64,000 nt of DNA. Origin: Spirochaetota bacterium (GTDB lineage Bacteria > Spirochaetota > UBA4802 > UBA5550). The stretch is taken from NCBI GenBank assembly GCA_963664815.2, contig CAXXHB010000003.1, positions 3,136,001 to 3,200,000 on the forward strand, in the 5' to 3' direction. Position numbers and translations under genes: made by a program. Positions 42,584 through 53,375 of the stretch are shown in pieces. The stretch's first letter is position 1. Each line of letters opens with the position of its first letter. The notes below the pieces were generated by a model. The model did no database searches, was not told the origin of the DNA, and saw only the letters and a list, made by a program, of their open reading frames with translations.

Positions 42584-43276
42584 CTTGCGTATTCCATCGA
42601 CGTTTTTATTCATTGAATGCCTGATAATATTCCTGTAAAAGAAACGCTTGATAACATTTATATTCTGACTGTGTTTTATGAAGAAAGAATCGGGATCATC
42701 GAATATTCCCAGGTCTTTTTTTATTCCATCTTTCTGTATGTAGGTATCATTCTCATCCCAATGAACAGGGGGACTGGAAAAATTGTCAGTTGCAACTCCG
42801 TACCCGCAAAAATTACCCCTGCACTCCCTGAAGCTGCTCTGTAAAGCGGATAGGTATTCCATATCGAGAATAAAACCCTCAATATTTAACCAATTGTTAT
42901 TATAGTAAATTTCAACCCAGCTGTGCACAAGTTCAGCTGGAGTAATAGCATACCAGAAACCTGTAATAGCCCCTTTCTGCAATACTTTGTCAATAGTAAA
43001 TCCGTGAAAACGGCAGGGAATGCCAACTCCCCTCAGCAGGGTCATAAAGAGTATCCCCTTGGTATTACATTGCCCGTACCCGTCATTGAGTATAACTGAT
43101 GCGGGGATTTTATCATCGGTATTATATCCGAATTTAATATCATCCCGGACATAATTGTAAATACTCAGAATTCTGTCTTTCTCAGATAAGTTTTTCCAGC
43201 CTTTGTTATGAATCAGGCTTTGAATTGAATTATCATTATAATTCAACAGCCCGGTTTCTTTAAGATAATTATTCAT
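42578..43276 (-). CDS. Transglutaminase-like protein
   Basis: GQCNTK...HSWVE catalytic Cys/His. Confidence 0.85.
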   Translation of the reverse strand: MNNYLKETGLLNYNDNSIQSLIHNKGWKNLSEKDRILSIYNYVRDDIKFGYNTDDKIPASVILNDGYGQCNTKGILFMTLLRGVGIPCRFHGFTIDKVLQKGAITGFWYAITPAELVHSWVEIYYNNNWLNIEGFILDMEYLSALQSSFRECRGNFCGYGVATDNFSSPPVHWDENDTYIQKDGIKKDLGIFDDPDSFFIKHSQNINVIKRFFYRNIIRHSMNKNVDGIRKS

Positions 43277-43318
43277 CTCCGTTCTCCTGCGGTAAATGTC
43301 AGTGATATCAGAAGCATA

Positions 43319-44086
43319 TCAGCTTTTGCAGAAGAATACTTGTATGGACCTGCTATTATGAAAAATTTCCCGTAAATTTATACCGAACATTTCTTTGAAT
43401 ACCCTGCTCATATGGGCGGAATCTGAAAAGCCCGCTTCGTAAGATGCAAAGGTAAAATCCCTGCCCTCTGTAATTATAATGATTCCGTCGATCAGTCTTT
43501 TCCATTGTAAATACTGTTTAATGGAAATACCGACAATGGATTTAAAAAGATGCTGCAGCCGGCTTTCAGAGAGTGAAACATAACCGGCTAAATATGAAAC
43601 TGTTGCTTTCCTTTCATCAATAGTTTCAATCAGTTCAACAATCCTATTAATTCTGTCATCATTACCCGGGCAGATATCTGACTTAATCCCGAGGTGAGTG
43701 ACAATTTTTTCAACCATACTTAAGATATTCAGGCTTTTGATCATTTCAGATTCAATTGTCTTAATGATGCTCAGATCAAAATCCAGGTTTTGATACGGTT
43801 TATTCCCAAGATATGTCTGAAATATCTTCCCGTAAACCGATTCCGGTTCTATTAAAAGCAGAACCTGTGTGCCATCTCTGCCTATAAGTTTATGTCTGCA
43901 TTTAAGGTTAAGCAGTATTGATTTTGTGCGTATGCTTTCACCTTCAATATCGATTATAAAATCATTATCGGTGGCAAATGTAATCTGCAGAGCGTGATGG
44001 TTATGAAATTCTGTATCCATTACCGTGCCGATATAAAGGAATAATCCTTTTGTTATAAAAAGTTTTGAGTGTTTTGTTAATTTCAT
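43319..44086 (-). CDS. AraC-family transcriptional regulator
   Basis: HNHHALQI cupin motif; LSESRLQHLF, GFSDSAHMSR. Confidence 0.9.
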   Translation of the reverse strand: MKLTKHSKLFITKGLFLYIGTVMDTEFHNHHALQITFATDNDFIIDIEGESIRTKSILLNLKCRHKLIGRDGTQVLLLIEPESVYGKIFQTYLGNKPYQNLDFDLSIIKTIESEMIKSLNILSMVEKIVTHLGIKSDICPGNDDRINRIVELIETIDERKATVSYLAGYVSLSESRLQHLFKSIVGISIKQYLQWKRLIDGIIIITEGRDFTFASYEAGFSDSAHMSRVFKEMFGINLREIFHNSRSIQVFFCKS

Positions 44087-44149
44087 AAATATTTTTTACC
44101 GGGACTTGCGGGATATAATAGATATCAGTATCAGCTCTGCAATAATTAT

Positions 44150-44719
44150 TTACTTTAATTCCTTACGGGCAGTCATTACAGCTTTTTTTATAAATTCAGA
44201 TTTCCCGCTCGTATACAATTCTCTGTTATTTTTATACAATCTGCTTAATTCAATTTTTAGTGATTCATATTCTTTTGCCAGGTTGTGATTTACTTTTAAA
44301 TATTCACAAAAGTATATTTCGTCCCAATCACCTTCATATCTTACATGGACATGAAAGGCCTGTCCTTTAAAACCATCAATGGTATATCCCTTTGTGAACA
44401 TCATATGCGGCTCCGGATTTTCAGGTTGAGCTGTATAATTATATCCTTCATCCTTCATATTATTGATTAGATTATCCAGATCAGTTTCACCTGTTATTTC
44501 CAGTAAAATATCGATTGTTGGTTTTGAGATTATTCCCGGAACAGCAGTGCTCCCGATATGGCTTATACGAATAATATTATTTTTACCAATAATTTTCCGC
44601 AGAATTTTTTTCTCACTCAGATACAGTGAGTTCCAGTTATCCTGATGTTCCACAAGATAAATCGGGAACAGGTTTCCCAATTCATCAATGCTTAATTCAT
44701 GTAATAATTTCTTTTTCAT
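44150..44719 (-). CDS. GrpB/UPF0157-family nucleotidyltransferase-like protein
   Basis: HIGSTAVPG..SKPTIDI, YT..KSEFI. Confidence 0.9.
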   Translation of the reverse strand: MKKKLLHELSIDELGNLFPIYLVEHQDNWNSLYLSEKKILRKIIGKNNIIRISHIGSTAVPGIISKPTIDILLEITGETDLDNLINNMKDEGYNYTAQPENPEPHMMFTKGYTIDGFKGQAFHVHVRYEGDWDEIYFCEYLKVNHNLAKEYESLKIELSRLYKNNRELYTSGKSEFIKKAVMTARKELK

Positions 44720-44739
44720 AACAATAAATAACCTGAATT

Positions 44740-45138
44740 TTAATTACCGGTATGCTTTACCATGGGAATTTTGTTTTTTTTAAAATAATTGTTAAGTATC
44801 GAAATAAGATCTTCCGCAATAACAGGTTTTATTATATATGCAACCGGGTTAAACAGGCGTGCCTCTGTGATTATCGATTCATCAGAATAACCTGACATGA
44901 ATATAACCGGGACATCAGAACTTTTCCTGATTTCCCTGACAGCCTCAATTCCGTTCATTTTACCGGCCAGTCTTATATCCATGATAACCATACCAGGTTC
45001 AAGTTCAGCAGCATATTTCACTGCACCCTCGCCGGTTGGTACGCTTTTAATGACACTATATCCCGCATGATTGAGTATAGTGCGGATCAACATTGCGGTA
45101 ATCGCCTCATCCTCAGCTATCAGTATTGTTCTGTTCAT
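44740..45138 (-). CDS. Single-domain response regulator
   Basis: AEDE, MDI.L, KP. Confidence 0.88.
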   Translation of the reverse strand: MNRTILIAEDEAITAMLIRTILNHAGYSVIKSVPTGEGAVKYAAELEPGMVIMDIRLAGKMNGIEAVREIRKSSDVPVIFMSGYSDESIITEARLFNPVAYIIKPVIAEDLISILNNYFKKNKIPMVKHTGN

Positions 45139-45156
45139 AATGCTCCGGCCCGATGC

Positions 45157-48100
45157 TCAGACCCGTTCCTCATATTTATTATCCTGAAAAAGGATTTTCC
45201 ATCTGACTCCTGGATTTTTTTCAACTGTTATTGTTCCGTTAAGCTGGTATTCAACAATATTAAAGACAATCTGTAAACCAAGATTATTTTCACCCGACGG
45301 ATTACAGCTTTCATTAAAACCAATTCCGTTATCGTAAACAATTAATTCAATAATCCCGCTGTTCTTTCCGGAGAGTATAATCCCTATTTCCCCTTCTGAG
45401 TCCCCCGGAAAAGCATGTTTATAGGAATTTGTAACAAGCTCATTTACAACAAGCCCGCAGGGGACTGCACTGTCAATGAGAACCGGCATGGACTCCAGTT
45501 CAATGATAATATTTATTCTTTTTTTCCCGTCATCAAAGCCTGTTTTGATCTGTTTTATCAGATCGGTGATATAATCTTTCAGGTCTATATGGGAAATACT
45601 CCCGGACAGGTAAAGCCTTTCATATACAAGCGACATAGCCATGACCCTTGATTCCATATCCCTGCAGATACGTATGGACTCACTGCTCCTTGCGTAGAAA
45701 GCCTGAAGTGAAAGCATTGATAAAATTACCTGCAGGCTGTTTTTTGTCCTGTGCTGGATTTCACGTATAAGCTCTGTTTTCTGTTTCAGCGATAACTGCA
45801 GACCGGCTTCGGCTGTCTTTCTCTCTGTAATATCCTCCGAAAAAATAACTATACCTCCGATTTTACCTCCGGCATTAAACCATGGACGTACTTCCCATCG
45901 TAACCACTGAAGTGTGCCATCCAATCTCCGGTAAAAATCCTCGTCATTTTTTATAACTTCACCTGCAAGTCCCCTGCGATGAATAACTTTCAGGTCTTCA
46001 GTAATCTGCGGAAAGATATCATAATGGGACCGGCCTGTTATATTCTCATTTTCGAGACTATAATCTGACAGCCAGCGGTTACTTGCCTGAATATATTTCA
46101 TATTATTGTCAAACATTGCCAGCGCAGCGGGGGCATGCTCTATAAAAAGCCGCAGTTTCTCCTCATTCTCCTTAAGCCTGTTTTCTGCATGCATGCGTTC
46201 GGTTATTTCGATGGAAAGAATGAATATACCTTCAGGCGCAGGTTGTATACTCAGTTCGAACCAGCCCTTCAGACCCGAAGGATACGTAAACTCATTAACC
46301 ATTCTGTGAGAAAAACGTTCATCCATACAGCGTTTAAGATAAAAAAACATCTCCGTCTTTTCAATACCGGGATACATCTCCATCATTGTATACCCTGTCA
46401 GTTTGTTTTTGTCCATATGTCCATGAATTGCCGCTGCTTCATTAACATAAATATACTTCCAGTCAAATCCGACAATCTGGCAGCCTTCCAGCATGGAATC
46501 AAGAATTCCATGGTACCGGTTTTCACTCTCCAGAAGTTTATCTTCGGCTATTTTCTTTAAATTAATATCCTCAATAACAGAGATAAAGTAATCAGGGGTA
46601 CCGTCCTGATTCCATACAAGTGAAACAGTGAGTTTTATCCAGATGAAGCTGCCGTCCTTTCGTATATAACGTTTCTCAACATTATAGTTTCCTTTCTCAT
46701 GATAAAGCATTGCCCGTATAGATTTCATTTCAGGATCAAGATCATCAGGATGAGTAATATCCTGAAACGTGCAGTTTAAAAGCTCAACTTCACTGTAACC
46801 GGTAATATCACAGAGCTTCCGGTTAACGCGGAGCCAGTGCCCGTCCGGCGCAACATGGGCAATTCCCACTGCAGCCTGCTCAAAAGTAGATTTAAAGCGT
46901 ACCTCACTTTCACGCAGAAGTTCTTTTGCTCTCCTGCTTTCAGCTATAATCCCGTTTATGCGCGCAAGCAGTTCATCTGTACTGAAAGGTTTAACTATAA
47001 AATCCCGGACGCCTGACTGAAGCAGCCCTATACGCAGTTCATCATCTGCCCTGGCAGTGAGCATAACCAGAGGTATATCTGACATTTCAGGAAGTTTCCC
47101 GAGAGCAAGAGCCAGCTCATCACCGCTCATGACAGGCATCATTACATCAGACAGTATAAGGTCAGGACGCAGTAAAACCGCCTGTTCAAGTCCCTCTGCC
47201 CCGTTCTTTACATGTACAACCCTGTAATGCCCCGCCAGGACACCAGTGAGGTATTCCGCCATATCGGCATTGTCCTCTACAACCAGAATCAGCGGATCAT
47301 AGCGGGCAGCAGAATTACTGAAGAATTCCTTATCTGAGGGAAAAAGTTCCTCTACAACCTGATGTTCAAGAAGGTCATCCGTTTTATACCCATCTTCCCG
47401 GTTCTTCAGGTCATACTTTTCACATCTTTCAAGCGGCAGAGTGATTCTGAAAACTGCTCCTCCGCCCGGGACATCAGAGACAGATGCATATCCTCCGAGA
47501 ATTTCACTGAACTGCTTTACAATGGCAAGACCAAGGCCTGTACCGCCATACCTGCGCCTTGAGCTTCCATCAACCTGGCGGAAAGGCTCAAAAATCTCTC
47601 CGCGAAGATTCTCCGGCACACCAGGGCCATTATCCTCTACGCCAAGTATGACATTATCCTCTTTTTCTTCAACTGTGACACGAACCATTCCACCTTCAGG
47701 AGAAAACTTGAATGAATTTGACAGCAGGTTAAGGAGTATCCGCTGAACCTTCTCCGCATCTGTCATGACATATAGTGAATCCGGGATTTCAACCTCCAGC
47801 CGGATATTTCTTGACCTTGCGAGGTTCTCAAAATTTGACACCGTTCCCCGTGTTAACCGCGAAAGATTCTCAGCCTTAAGTGAAAGCGGCATTTTACCGG
47901 ATTCCATACGGGCAACATCCAGCAGGTCTGTCACATGGCGATAAAGGAGCCGTGCATTTCTTCCGACAATTTCAAGATCACGTCTCAGTTCAGGATCAAG
48001 GTTCTTCCCTGCCAGATAATCTGACACAGGATTGAGGATAAGCGTTAGCGGCGTACGAAGCTCATGGCTGACATTTGCGAAGAACTGTGTCTTCAGTTCA

Positions 48101-48495
48101 TCAAGCTCACGCGTACGTTCATATAAACGCGTTATCTCAATATTTGCAGCACGTGTCTCTTTCAGCGCTTTTTCGGTTTCATTTTGTGCCCTTTCAAGAC
48201 GCTGCTGCGCCTGACTTACAAGGTAGCCCACAAAAAGAAAAAGACCTACTGACCAGAAATTTGAAGGATTATTCACTCTCCATGAGAACTGAGGAGGGAT
48301 AAAGAAATACCAGACAATCCCTGCGGAGAGTATGGAGCTTATCATTCCCCCTCTGAAACTTCCCAGCCTTGCACTAAAAAATACTGTGGGGAAAAAAAGG
48401 AACCACACGAAGGGTGAAATCCACTTCCAGAGAACCCACTGAACACCCAGCGCGATAAAAGGAAATAAAATTGAAATCAGCAGCCGGACTGACAT
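45157..48495 (-). CDS. Hybrid sensor with two kinase modules (DUF4118-HisKA-HATPase-REC-3xPAS-HisKA_2-HATPase)
   Basis: SHELRTPL and GGTGLGL; REC; PAS repeats; EIQHRTKNSLQ and NELVTNSYKHAF. Confidence 0.9.
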   Translation of the reverse strand: MSVRLLISILFPFIALGVQWVLWKWISPFVWFLFFPTVFFSARLGSFRGGMISSILSAGIVWYFFIPPQFSWRVNNPSNFWSVGLFLFVGYLVSQAQQRLERAQNETEKALKETRAANIEITRLYERTRELDELKTQFFANVSHELRTPLTLILNPVSDYLAGKNLDPELRRDLEIVGRNARLLYRHVTDLLDVARMESGKMPLSLKAENLSRLTRGTVSNFENLARSRNIRLEVEIPDSLYVMTDAEKVQRILLNLLSNSFKFSPEGGMVRVTVEEKEDNVILGVEDNGPGVPENLRGEIFEPFRQVDGSSRRRYGGTGLGLAIVKQFSEILGGYASVSDVPGGGAVFRITLPLERCEKYDLKNREDGYKTDDLLEHQVVEELFPSDKEFFSNSAARYDPLILVVEDNADMAEYLTGVLAGHYRVVHVKNGAEGLEQAVLLRPDLILSDVMMPVMSGDELALALGKLPEMSDIPLVMLTARADDELRIGLLQSGVRDFIVKPFSTDELLARINGIIAESRRAKELLRESEVRFKSTFEQAAVGIAHVAPDGHWLRVNRKLCDITGYSEVELLNCTFQDITHPDDLDPEMKSIRAMLYHEKGNYNVEKRYIRKDGSFIWIKLTVSLVWNQDGTPDYFISVIEDINLKKIAEDKLLESENRYHGILDSMLEGCQIVGFDWKYIYVNEAAAIHGHMDKNKLTGYTMMEMYPGIEKTEMFFYLKRCMDERFSHRMVNEFTYPSGLKGWFELSIQPAPEGIFILSIEITERMHAENRLKENEEKLRLFIEHAPAALAMFDNNMKYIQASNRWLSDYSLENENITGRSHYDIFPQITEDLKVIHRRGLAGEVIKNDEDFYRRLDGTLQWLRWEVRPWFNAGGKIGGIVIFSEDITERKTAEAGLQLSLKQKTELIREIQHRTKNSLQVILSMLSLQAFYARSSESIRICRDMESRVMAMSLVYERLYLSGSISHIDLKDYITDLIKQIKTGFDDGKKRINIIIELESMPVLIDSAVPCGLVVNELVTNSYKHAFPGDSEGEIGIILSGKNSGIIELIVYDNGIGFNESCNPSGENNLGLQIVFNIVEYQLNGTITVEKNPGVRWKILFQDNKYEERV

Positions 48496-49024
48496 ATTTT
48501 CACCAGACTAAAGGTTATTTCCGCAAACCTGGATAACTGTATCTGCGTAAATAATACTTTTCCCGGCAGAATTATAATAATAGCTCATTGTTTACCCCCC
48601 GTTATACTTTTCTTATATTATAAAAAGTATTGCAGCAGGATTCAAAATTAATTATTAAATGAATTATTGATATATCCGGGAGAATTCACTGGTTTAATGA
48701 ATTTATATACTAAAGATACCTTTTCTCGATGAACTGAAGAAGTTTAATACTCTCCAGGATTCCATGATTTCAATATTATGTTCAACTTCACGCAGGCGGT
48801 ATATGAATGGTCAGCAGAATATAAATTACCGGGTTTCCAGCTGCAGCGCCGGTTTATTAATTATATATTGATTTCAGAAATTCAACAATTTCCTGCTTTG
48901 CTATGTATATAATTGCGAATGAAAATAATATGGTAAAGGCATTCACAACCTTATTATTCTTTACTATTATATTTTTCAGGAGTTTCCCCTGTATTACTGA
49001 TACAGATTCCGGAGGCAGGAAATA

Positions 49025-49474
49025 TCACTCCCCCCCTCTTTTCTTCCTGATACACTTCATATCCTTCAATCCACTGCAGATTATCTCTTCAGCTCTCTCC
49101 CTTTCTGCCTGATTTAATATTATGCTTGATATTCTGTTCAGCATCTCTTCGTTTTTAATTGAGCAGAAGGCTGCGATAACCTCTTTCTGCATCTTCGACA
49201 GGTTGTTGAACAGTTCACCGGATGAAACCCTCACCTGAGTCTTTTTATTATCTGCCCGGGAATTGATAAACATCTCACCCTCACCGGTAAGCAGCCATGC
49301 CGGATTAATATTATAAACAGCCTTGATAGCCAGGGCCTCCTGTTTATCAATCTTATAAAGTCCCTTTAATTGCCTGTCTAACTTTGACTCCGCAATTCCT
49401 ATACTACCGGCAAAATCAGCACGGTTCAAACAGAGAGTATTAAGTACAGAATTTAATCTTTCATTCATATCCAT
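49025..49474 (-). CDS. XRE/CI-like HTH transcriptional regulator
   Basis: HTH followed by NINPAWLLTGEGEMF; no peptidase domain. Confidence 0.8.
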   Translation of the reverse strand: MDMNERLNSVLNTLCLNRADFAGSIGIAESKLDRQLKGLYKIDKQEALAIKAVYNINPAWLLTGEGEMFINSRADNKKTQVRVSSGELFNNLSKMQKEVIAAFCSIKNEEMLNRISSIILNQAERERAEEIICSGLKDMKCIRKKRGGE

Positions 49475-49786
49475 TTTTCACCCATAAATATACACATTGC
49501 ATATTATAGTATTTATATGATTAATAATAAAAGCTGATTCAGAATATCTCAATCGTATCATAAACATTAATAATTGCAACATAAAAACTTTAATAAAGAG
49601 GCGAGCTTATAAAATTTGGATTTAAAAAAAGCTGATTGTTGCAGAATATAGACTAAGGAACATACTTAAAAAACAGAATTCTTTGATGACACCAAACGGA
49701 CTGTGAAACTGACGTTCCGTTACAACCTGTACAAAACAACAGATTGCTCTGAATTTTCCAGGAAGGGAGTTTTATCTTTTGCATAT

Positions 49787-50110
49787 CTATATCATATAAT
49801 GCCCGGCAACGGTTATTAATGTTCCAAGTATAACTGACATTGCAGCCATTATCAGCGGCGCTTTTCTGTCACTCTCATCTCCTGATACAATTAATATAAC
49901 CGGAAGCGCCAGGCAGAGTGAAATGATTCCACCCTTTAACCACCATGAAAGGAATGGCAGGTTTATATTCAGAATAACAATTGATACGAAAAAATATTGT
50001 ATAAATGCTGAAACTGTTGATCTTTTATCGAGCTTCTGAATGATCATCGGTAAAATATCAATTACGCCTGCTATTACACCAACACCCATTGAAATCAGTA
50101 ATGTTTTCAT
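49787..50110 (-). CDS. Small four-TM membrane protein
   Basis: Hydrophobic ORF with AGGAG SD. Confidence 0.7.
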   Translation of the reverse strand: MKTLLISMGVGVIAGVIDILPMIIQKLDKRSTVSAFIQYFFVSIVILNINLPFLSWWLKGGIISLCLALPVILIVSGDESDRKAPLIMAAMSVILGTLITVAGHYMI

Positions 50111-50243
50111 ATTTACTCCTTAAATTTGTATTTATCTTGCAGGCCGGGGAGCCTGCACTCCCAGGTATTCTTTAATAACTCTGAATTTTTATTTAAAAGT
50201 AACTCTTGCTTCAGTCTCGTTGAGCGTCGTTGTCTACTGTTAA

Positions 50244-50813
50244 TTATACAGCCTTTCTAATATTACTATAATAGTTTTTTATTATTTCAATATCACTAAA
50301 TACGACTTTACAGCCATCCCCTAACGGAGATTGACAAGATAATCCAATTTTGATTTTATTTTTTAATTCAAACTTGAAATATCGTACCATTTTCCAATTA
50401 ATTTTATCATTTGAATAATGCAAACACCAGTTATTGCCTTTACGGACAATTTGCAGATAAATTCTTTGATCTTCTATTCTTTCACCATTGCAATCATCAG
50501 AACAACCATTTGTTATAACCGAAACCACAGAAGAGTAACCAAGATCTGTCTTTTCAAAAGCAAATTTAATCCATCTATCTTCAGACTCATAAGCTAATAA
50601 ACAACCGGCATCATAAACATTTGTAAAGGCTGGTTTAATTGAGCAGCGAAAAATAAAATCGTTTTCTATATTTGTATTATAGAATGGTGCATTATGTTGT
50701 TTATAATCACTGCAAACATCAATAAAAAAATCAGTTTTCCCGGGTGCTGTTATTTCAACTGTTCTTTCATTATTTGAAACTGATTCAGCCCGATTTAATA
50801 ATTCATATTTCAT
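50244..50813 (-). CDS. DUF1349-family protein (probable cassette gene)
   Basis: APGKTDFF, WIKFAFE, SVIT.G.SDDCN, MVRYF, QSP.G; R''-like GTAGACAAC just after the stop. Confidence 0.8.
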   Translation of the reverse strand: MKYELLNRAESVSNNERTVEITAPGKTDFFIDVCSDYKQHNAPFYNTNIENDFIFRCSIKPAFTNVYDAGCLLAYESEDRWIKFAFEKTDLGYSSVVSVITNGCSDDCNGERIEDQRIYLQIVRKGNNWCLHYSNDKINWKMVRYFKFELKNKIKIGLSCQSPLGDGCKVVFSDIEIIKNYYSNIRKAV

Positions 50814-50899
50814 AACATCTTTTTCCAGTATAAAATTATATAGCAATGAAGTACAACGATAAGAACATTATCATAAAAAATATTCAATCTGCGGGATGC

Positions 50900-51218
50900 C
50901 GGCAGACTGTTGCTGAATATCGATTTAATCTCATCCTTTATATCACGGACAAATGATGCAATCGAAGTAAAATCTGGTGCTATCCGCTGATAATGCACTG
51001 AATACAATATTTTCACGGCGCGCGTCCATTATCTTCCTTGATGATACAATCCCGCAGGAATACGACAGCGGGATAATCTGCTTTGTAAAATCAACCGGAA
51101 TCATTATACCCTGCTCATATTAATACTACTTATACCGCGCTATGAATACCTCCCATAGCTTTATACACAGCATAACTATTATGAAATTACGATTAATTTA
51201 TAATTTTTCTACGGACAC
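50900..51218 (-). mobile_element. IS1182-like transposase remnant with one terminal end, abutting the vapBC cassette R'' box
   Basis: Degenerate MIPVDFTKQII..GIVSSRKI...RENIVFSALSAD / PDFTSIASFV; end GTGTCCGTAGAAAAA follows directly after GCAGATAAC. Confidence 0.6.
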
Positions 51219-51235
51219 GTTATCTGCAGTACCCG

Positions 51236-51649
51236 TTATTTTTTTATTTTTTTTGACCAGTTTTCTATTTTTAAACTTTTCACTTTTTCAAATTCTTTTG
51301 TATTATTTGTTACAAGAATGCCGTTTTTAGCTAAAACTGTTGCAGCAATCATATAATCATTTGGTCCTATACTTGTTCCTTTCAATTCCATTGCCGAACG
51401 AATTTTAGAATAAACAATTGAACAATCATCATCAAATGGTATTATTTCAAAAGGTTCGAGAAATCGATTGATATTAGTTAAATTTTTAGCTTTATGCTGA
51501 CTTTTTTCTGCGCCATAAAGAAGCCCGGTTTTTACAATTGAAGGAATTTTAATATTATTCGGATTTATATTTTGTATATTTTCCATTATAGAAGGATATA
51601 AGCCTTTAAGAAAGTACACACATATATTTGAATCAAGATAATAAATCAT
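51236..51649 (-). CDS. vapC: VapC-family PIN toxin
   Basis: YLDSNIC, IGPNDYMIAA, LVTNNTKEF; the conserved Glu position reads G (VKTGLLYG). Confidence 0.9.
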   Translation of the reverse strand: MIYYLDSNICVYFLKGLYPSIMENIQNINPNNIKIPSIVKTGLLYGAEKSQHKAKNLTNINRFLEPFEIIPFDDDCSIVYSKIRSAMELKGTSIGPNDYMIAATVLAKNGILVTNNTKEFEKVKSLKIENWSKKIKK

Positions 51650-51873
51650 AAGCTTTCTCTTTTCAAATCTTGCTCAAATGATAAATTCTTAATTTCAAAC
51701 GATTTATCTGTTATTGAACCAAATAAATCAAAATATCCCCGGGGATAATCTTCTTTTATTACTTTCTTTATATTGTTGCCTACCCATTTTGAGATTGAAA
51801 TACGTTCTTCAGCTGCGGCTTTTTCAATCTTAGCTAAGGTATCTTTGTCGATATATAATGATATTTGCGGCAT
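51646..51873 (-). CDS. RHH/CopG-type antitoxin
   Basis: MPQISLYID..SISKWV..LFGSI; ATGA overlap with vapC. Confidence 0.85.
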   Translation of the reverse strand: MPQISLYIDKDTLAKIEKAAAEERISISKWVGNNIKKVIKEDYPRGYFDLFGSITDKSFEIKNLSFEQDLKRESL

Positions 51874-51951
51874 ATAAAATCTCCTATAAGGAAAAAAATA
51901 AACGAACAGGTAAAAATCAAGTATATTTGCAAGTATATTTTAAGTGCAATG

Positions 51952-52078
51952 GCCGATAACACTGTTCGATGACTGCCCTATGCGCTTAGCTTGTCTAAGC
52001 AAGCCCGAACGACTGCCAGGGAGTTAAGCGCATAAGCTTTATATGAAGGCAATATGTCGTAAACATAAGTTTTTAAAT
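51952..52078 (-). repeat. attC-like site
   Basis: Imperfect long hairpin (TATGCGCTTA/TAAGCGCATA, TGCC/GGCA) ending in GTTATCGGC, which complements the GCAGATAAC after vapC. Confidence 0.65.
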
Positions 52079-52082
52079 GAAC

Positions 52083-52502
52083 CTATCTAAATCTTTTTTT
52101 ATTATGTCGATATGAAGACGGTAAATTCCCGGTCCACTTTTTAAATGCATGATAAAAGTTAGCTGTATCACTATACCCTAGTTTTTCAGCAATTTTTTCT
52201 ATAGTTAATTCTGTTGTAGTTAAAAAATCGATTGCCTTATTTTTAAGCACATTCGAAAGAATGGTCTGGTAAGTTATCCCTTCATCATAGAGATACCGCC
52301 TGAGTGTACGTGATGAAATATTCATATTACTGGCAATTTCGGCCATTGGTACTATTGCTTCTTCATGATAATATAATTCGTTATAAATTCTTTCAGTAAC
52401 AGTTTGGGATTCATTAAGTCTTAAATATAAAATGCGACATTCTTCTTCATATTTTTTCTTCATCAGAGGATTTGCTTTCGCCTGAAGGAATTCATAAACC
52501 AC
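52083..52502 (-). pseudogene. AraC-family regulator, C-terminal fragment
   Basis: SSRTLRR, LGYSDTANFYHAFKKWTG; N-terminal domain missing. Confidence 0.75.
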
Positions 52503-53301
52503 CTGTCATAATAATGGCACATGGACTGTGCACCCAGAAAAATTTTGGACTCATGGATTATACAGAACGATTTGTTAAAAAATGTATGGCCGTATTTCTT
52601 TTTGATTACCGCAGCTGGGGTAAGAGTGATGGTGTGAACCGCGTCAGATAGCTGAACCATCCCGCTATCTTGATGACTGGAGAGCGGCAATTGCACATGT
52701 TCGAGGCCTCCCCGAAGTTGATATAGACATGATCGCTCTTTGGGGCTCCTCTTTTTCGGGTGGCCATGTACTCTATATCGCCTCAGAGTACCATGGTATA
52801 AAAGCTGTTATAGCACAGGTACCTTTCATGAGCGGTTTTTCTTCAATATCAACCAAGAGTTTTTCGGATATAATAAAATCAACATTCTACGGGTGTTACG
52901 ATATTTTCAGGAGTGTTTTAAACCTCTCTCCTCACTATTCACCGGAAATAGGCAGACCCGGAACTTTTGCAGCAATGAATAGTGAAGAATCTTATGATGG
53001 CTATATGTCCATTGTCGGTGATGATAAAATATGGCAGAATAAAGTAGCTTCGCGTCTTTTTATAAAAATGTCGATGTACAGTCCATCTTCCAGAGCAAAA
53101 AAAAATTAAGGCAATGTTTTAATCTTGGCCGGGAAGAATGATTCACTAATTCCGGTTAAAGACGTGGAAAAATGTGCCATGAGGATATCTCATCGCCGAC
53201 TTGTTATAATGGACTGCAACCATTTTTAACCTTACACGGGGGATACTTTTAAAAATATCATTGATAAACATATTAAATTTCTGGAAGAATACCTGAAATG
53301 A
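52499..53301 (+). pseudogene. Alpha/beta hydrolase pseudogene
   Basis: PVIIMAHG...FDYRSWGKSDG...WGSSFSGGH; several frameshifts and a stop; 5' truncated. Confidence 0.8.
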
Positions 53302-53375
53302 ACACAGAGACTCATTGATGAGGTAATAGGAAATATTGAAAACTACTAAAAAATAGTAAATAATGGAGATAGATT

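Noticed and set aside
42578-50110. Extension of the cassette array leftwards over the transglutaminase, AraC, GrpB and membrane genes
   Set aside because: The cargo is cassette-like, but I could not find convincing paired R'/R'' boxes or attC hairpins
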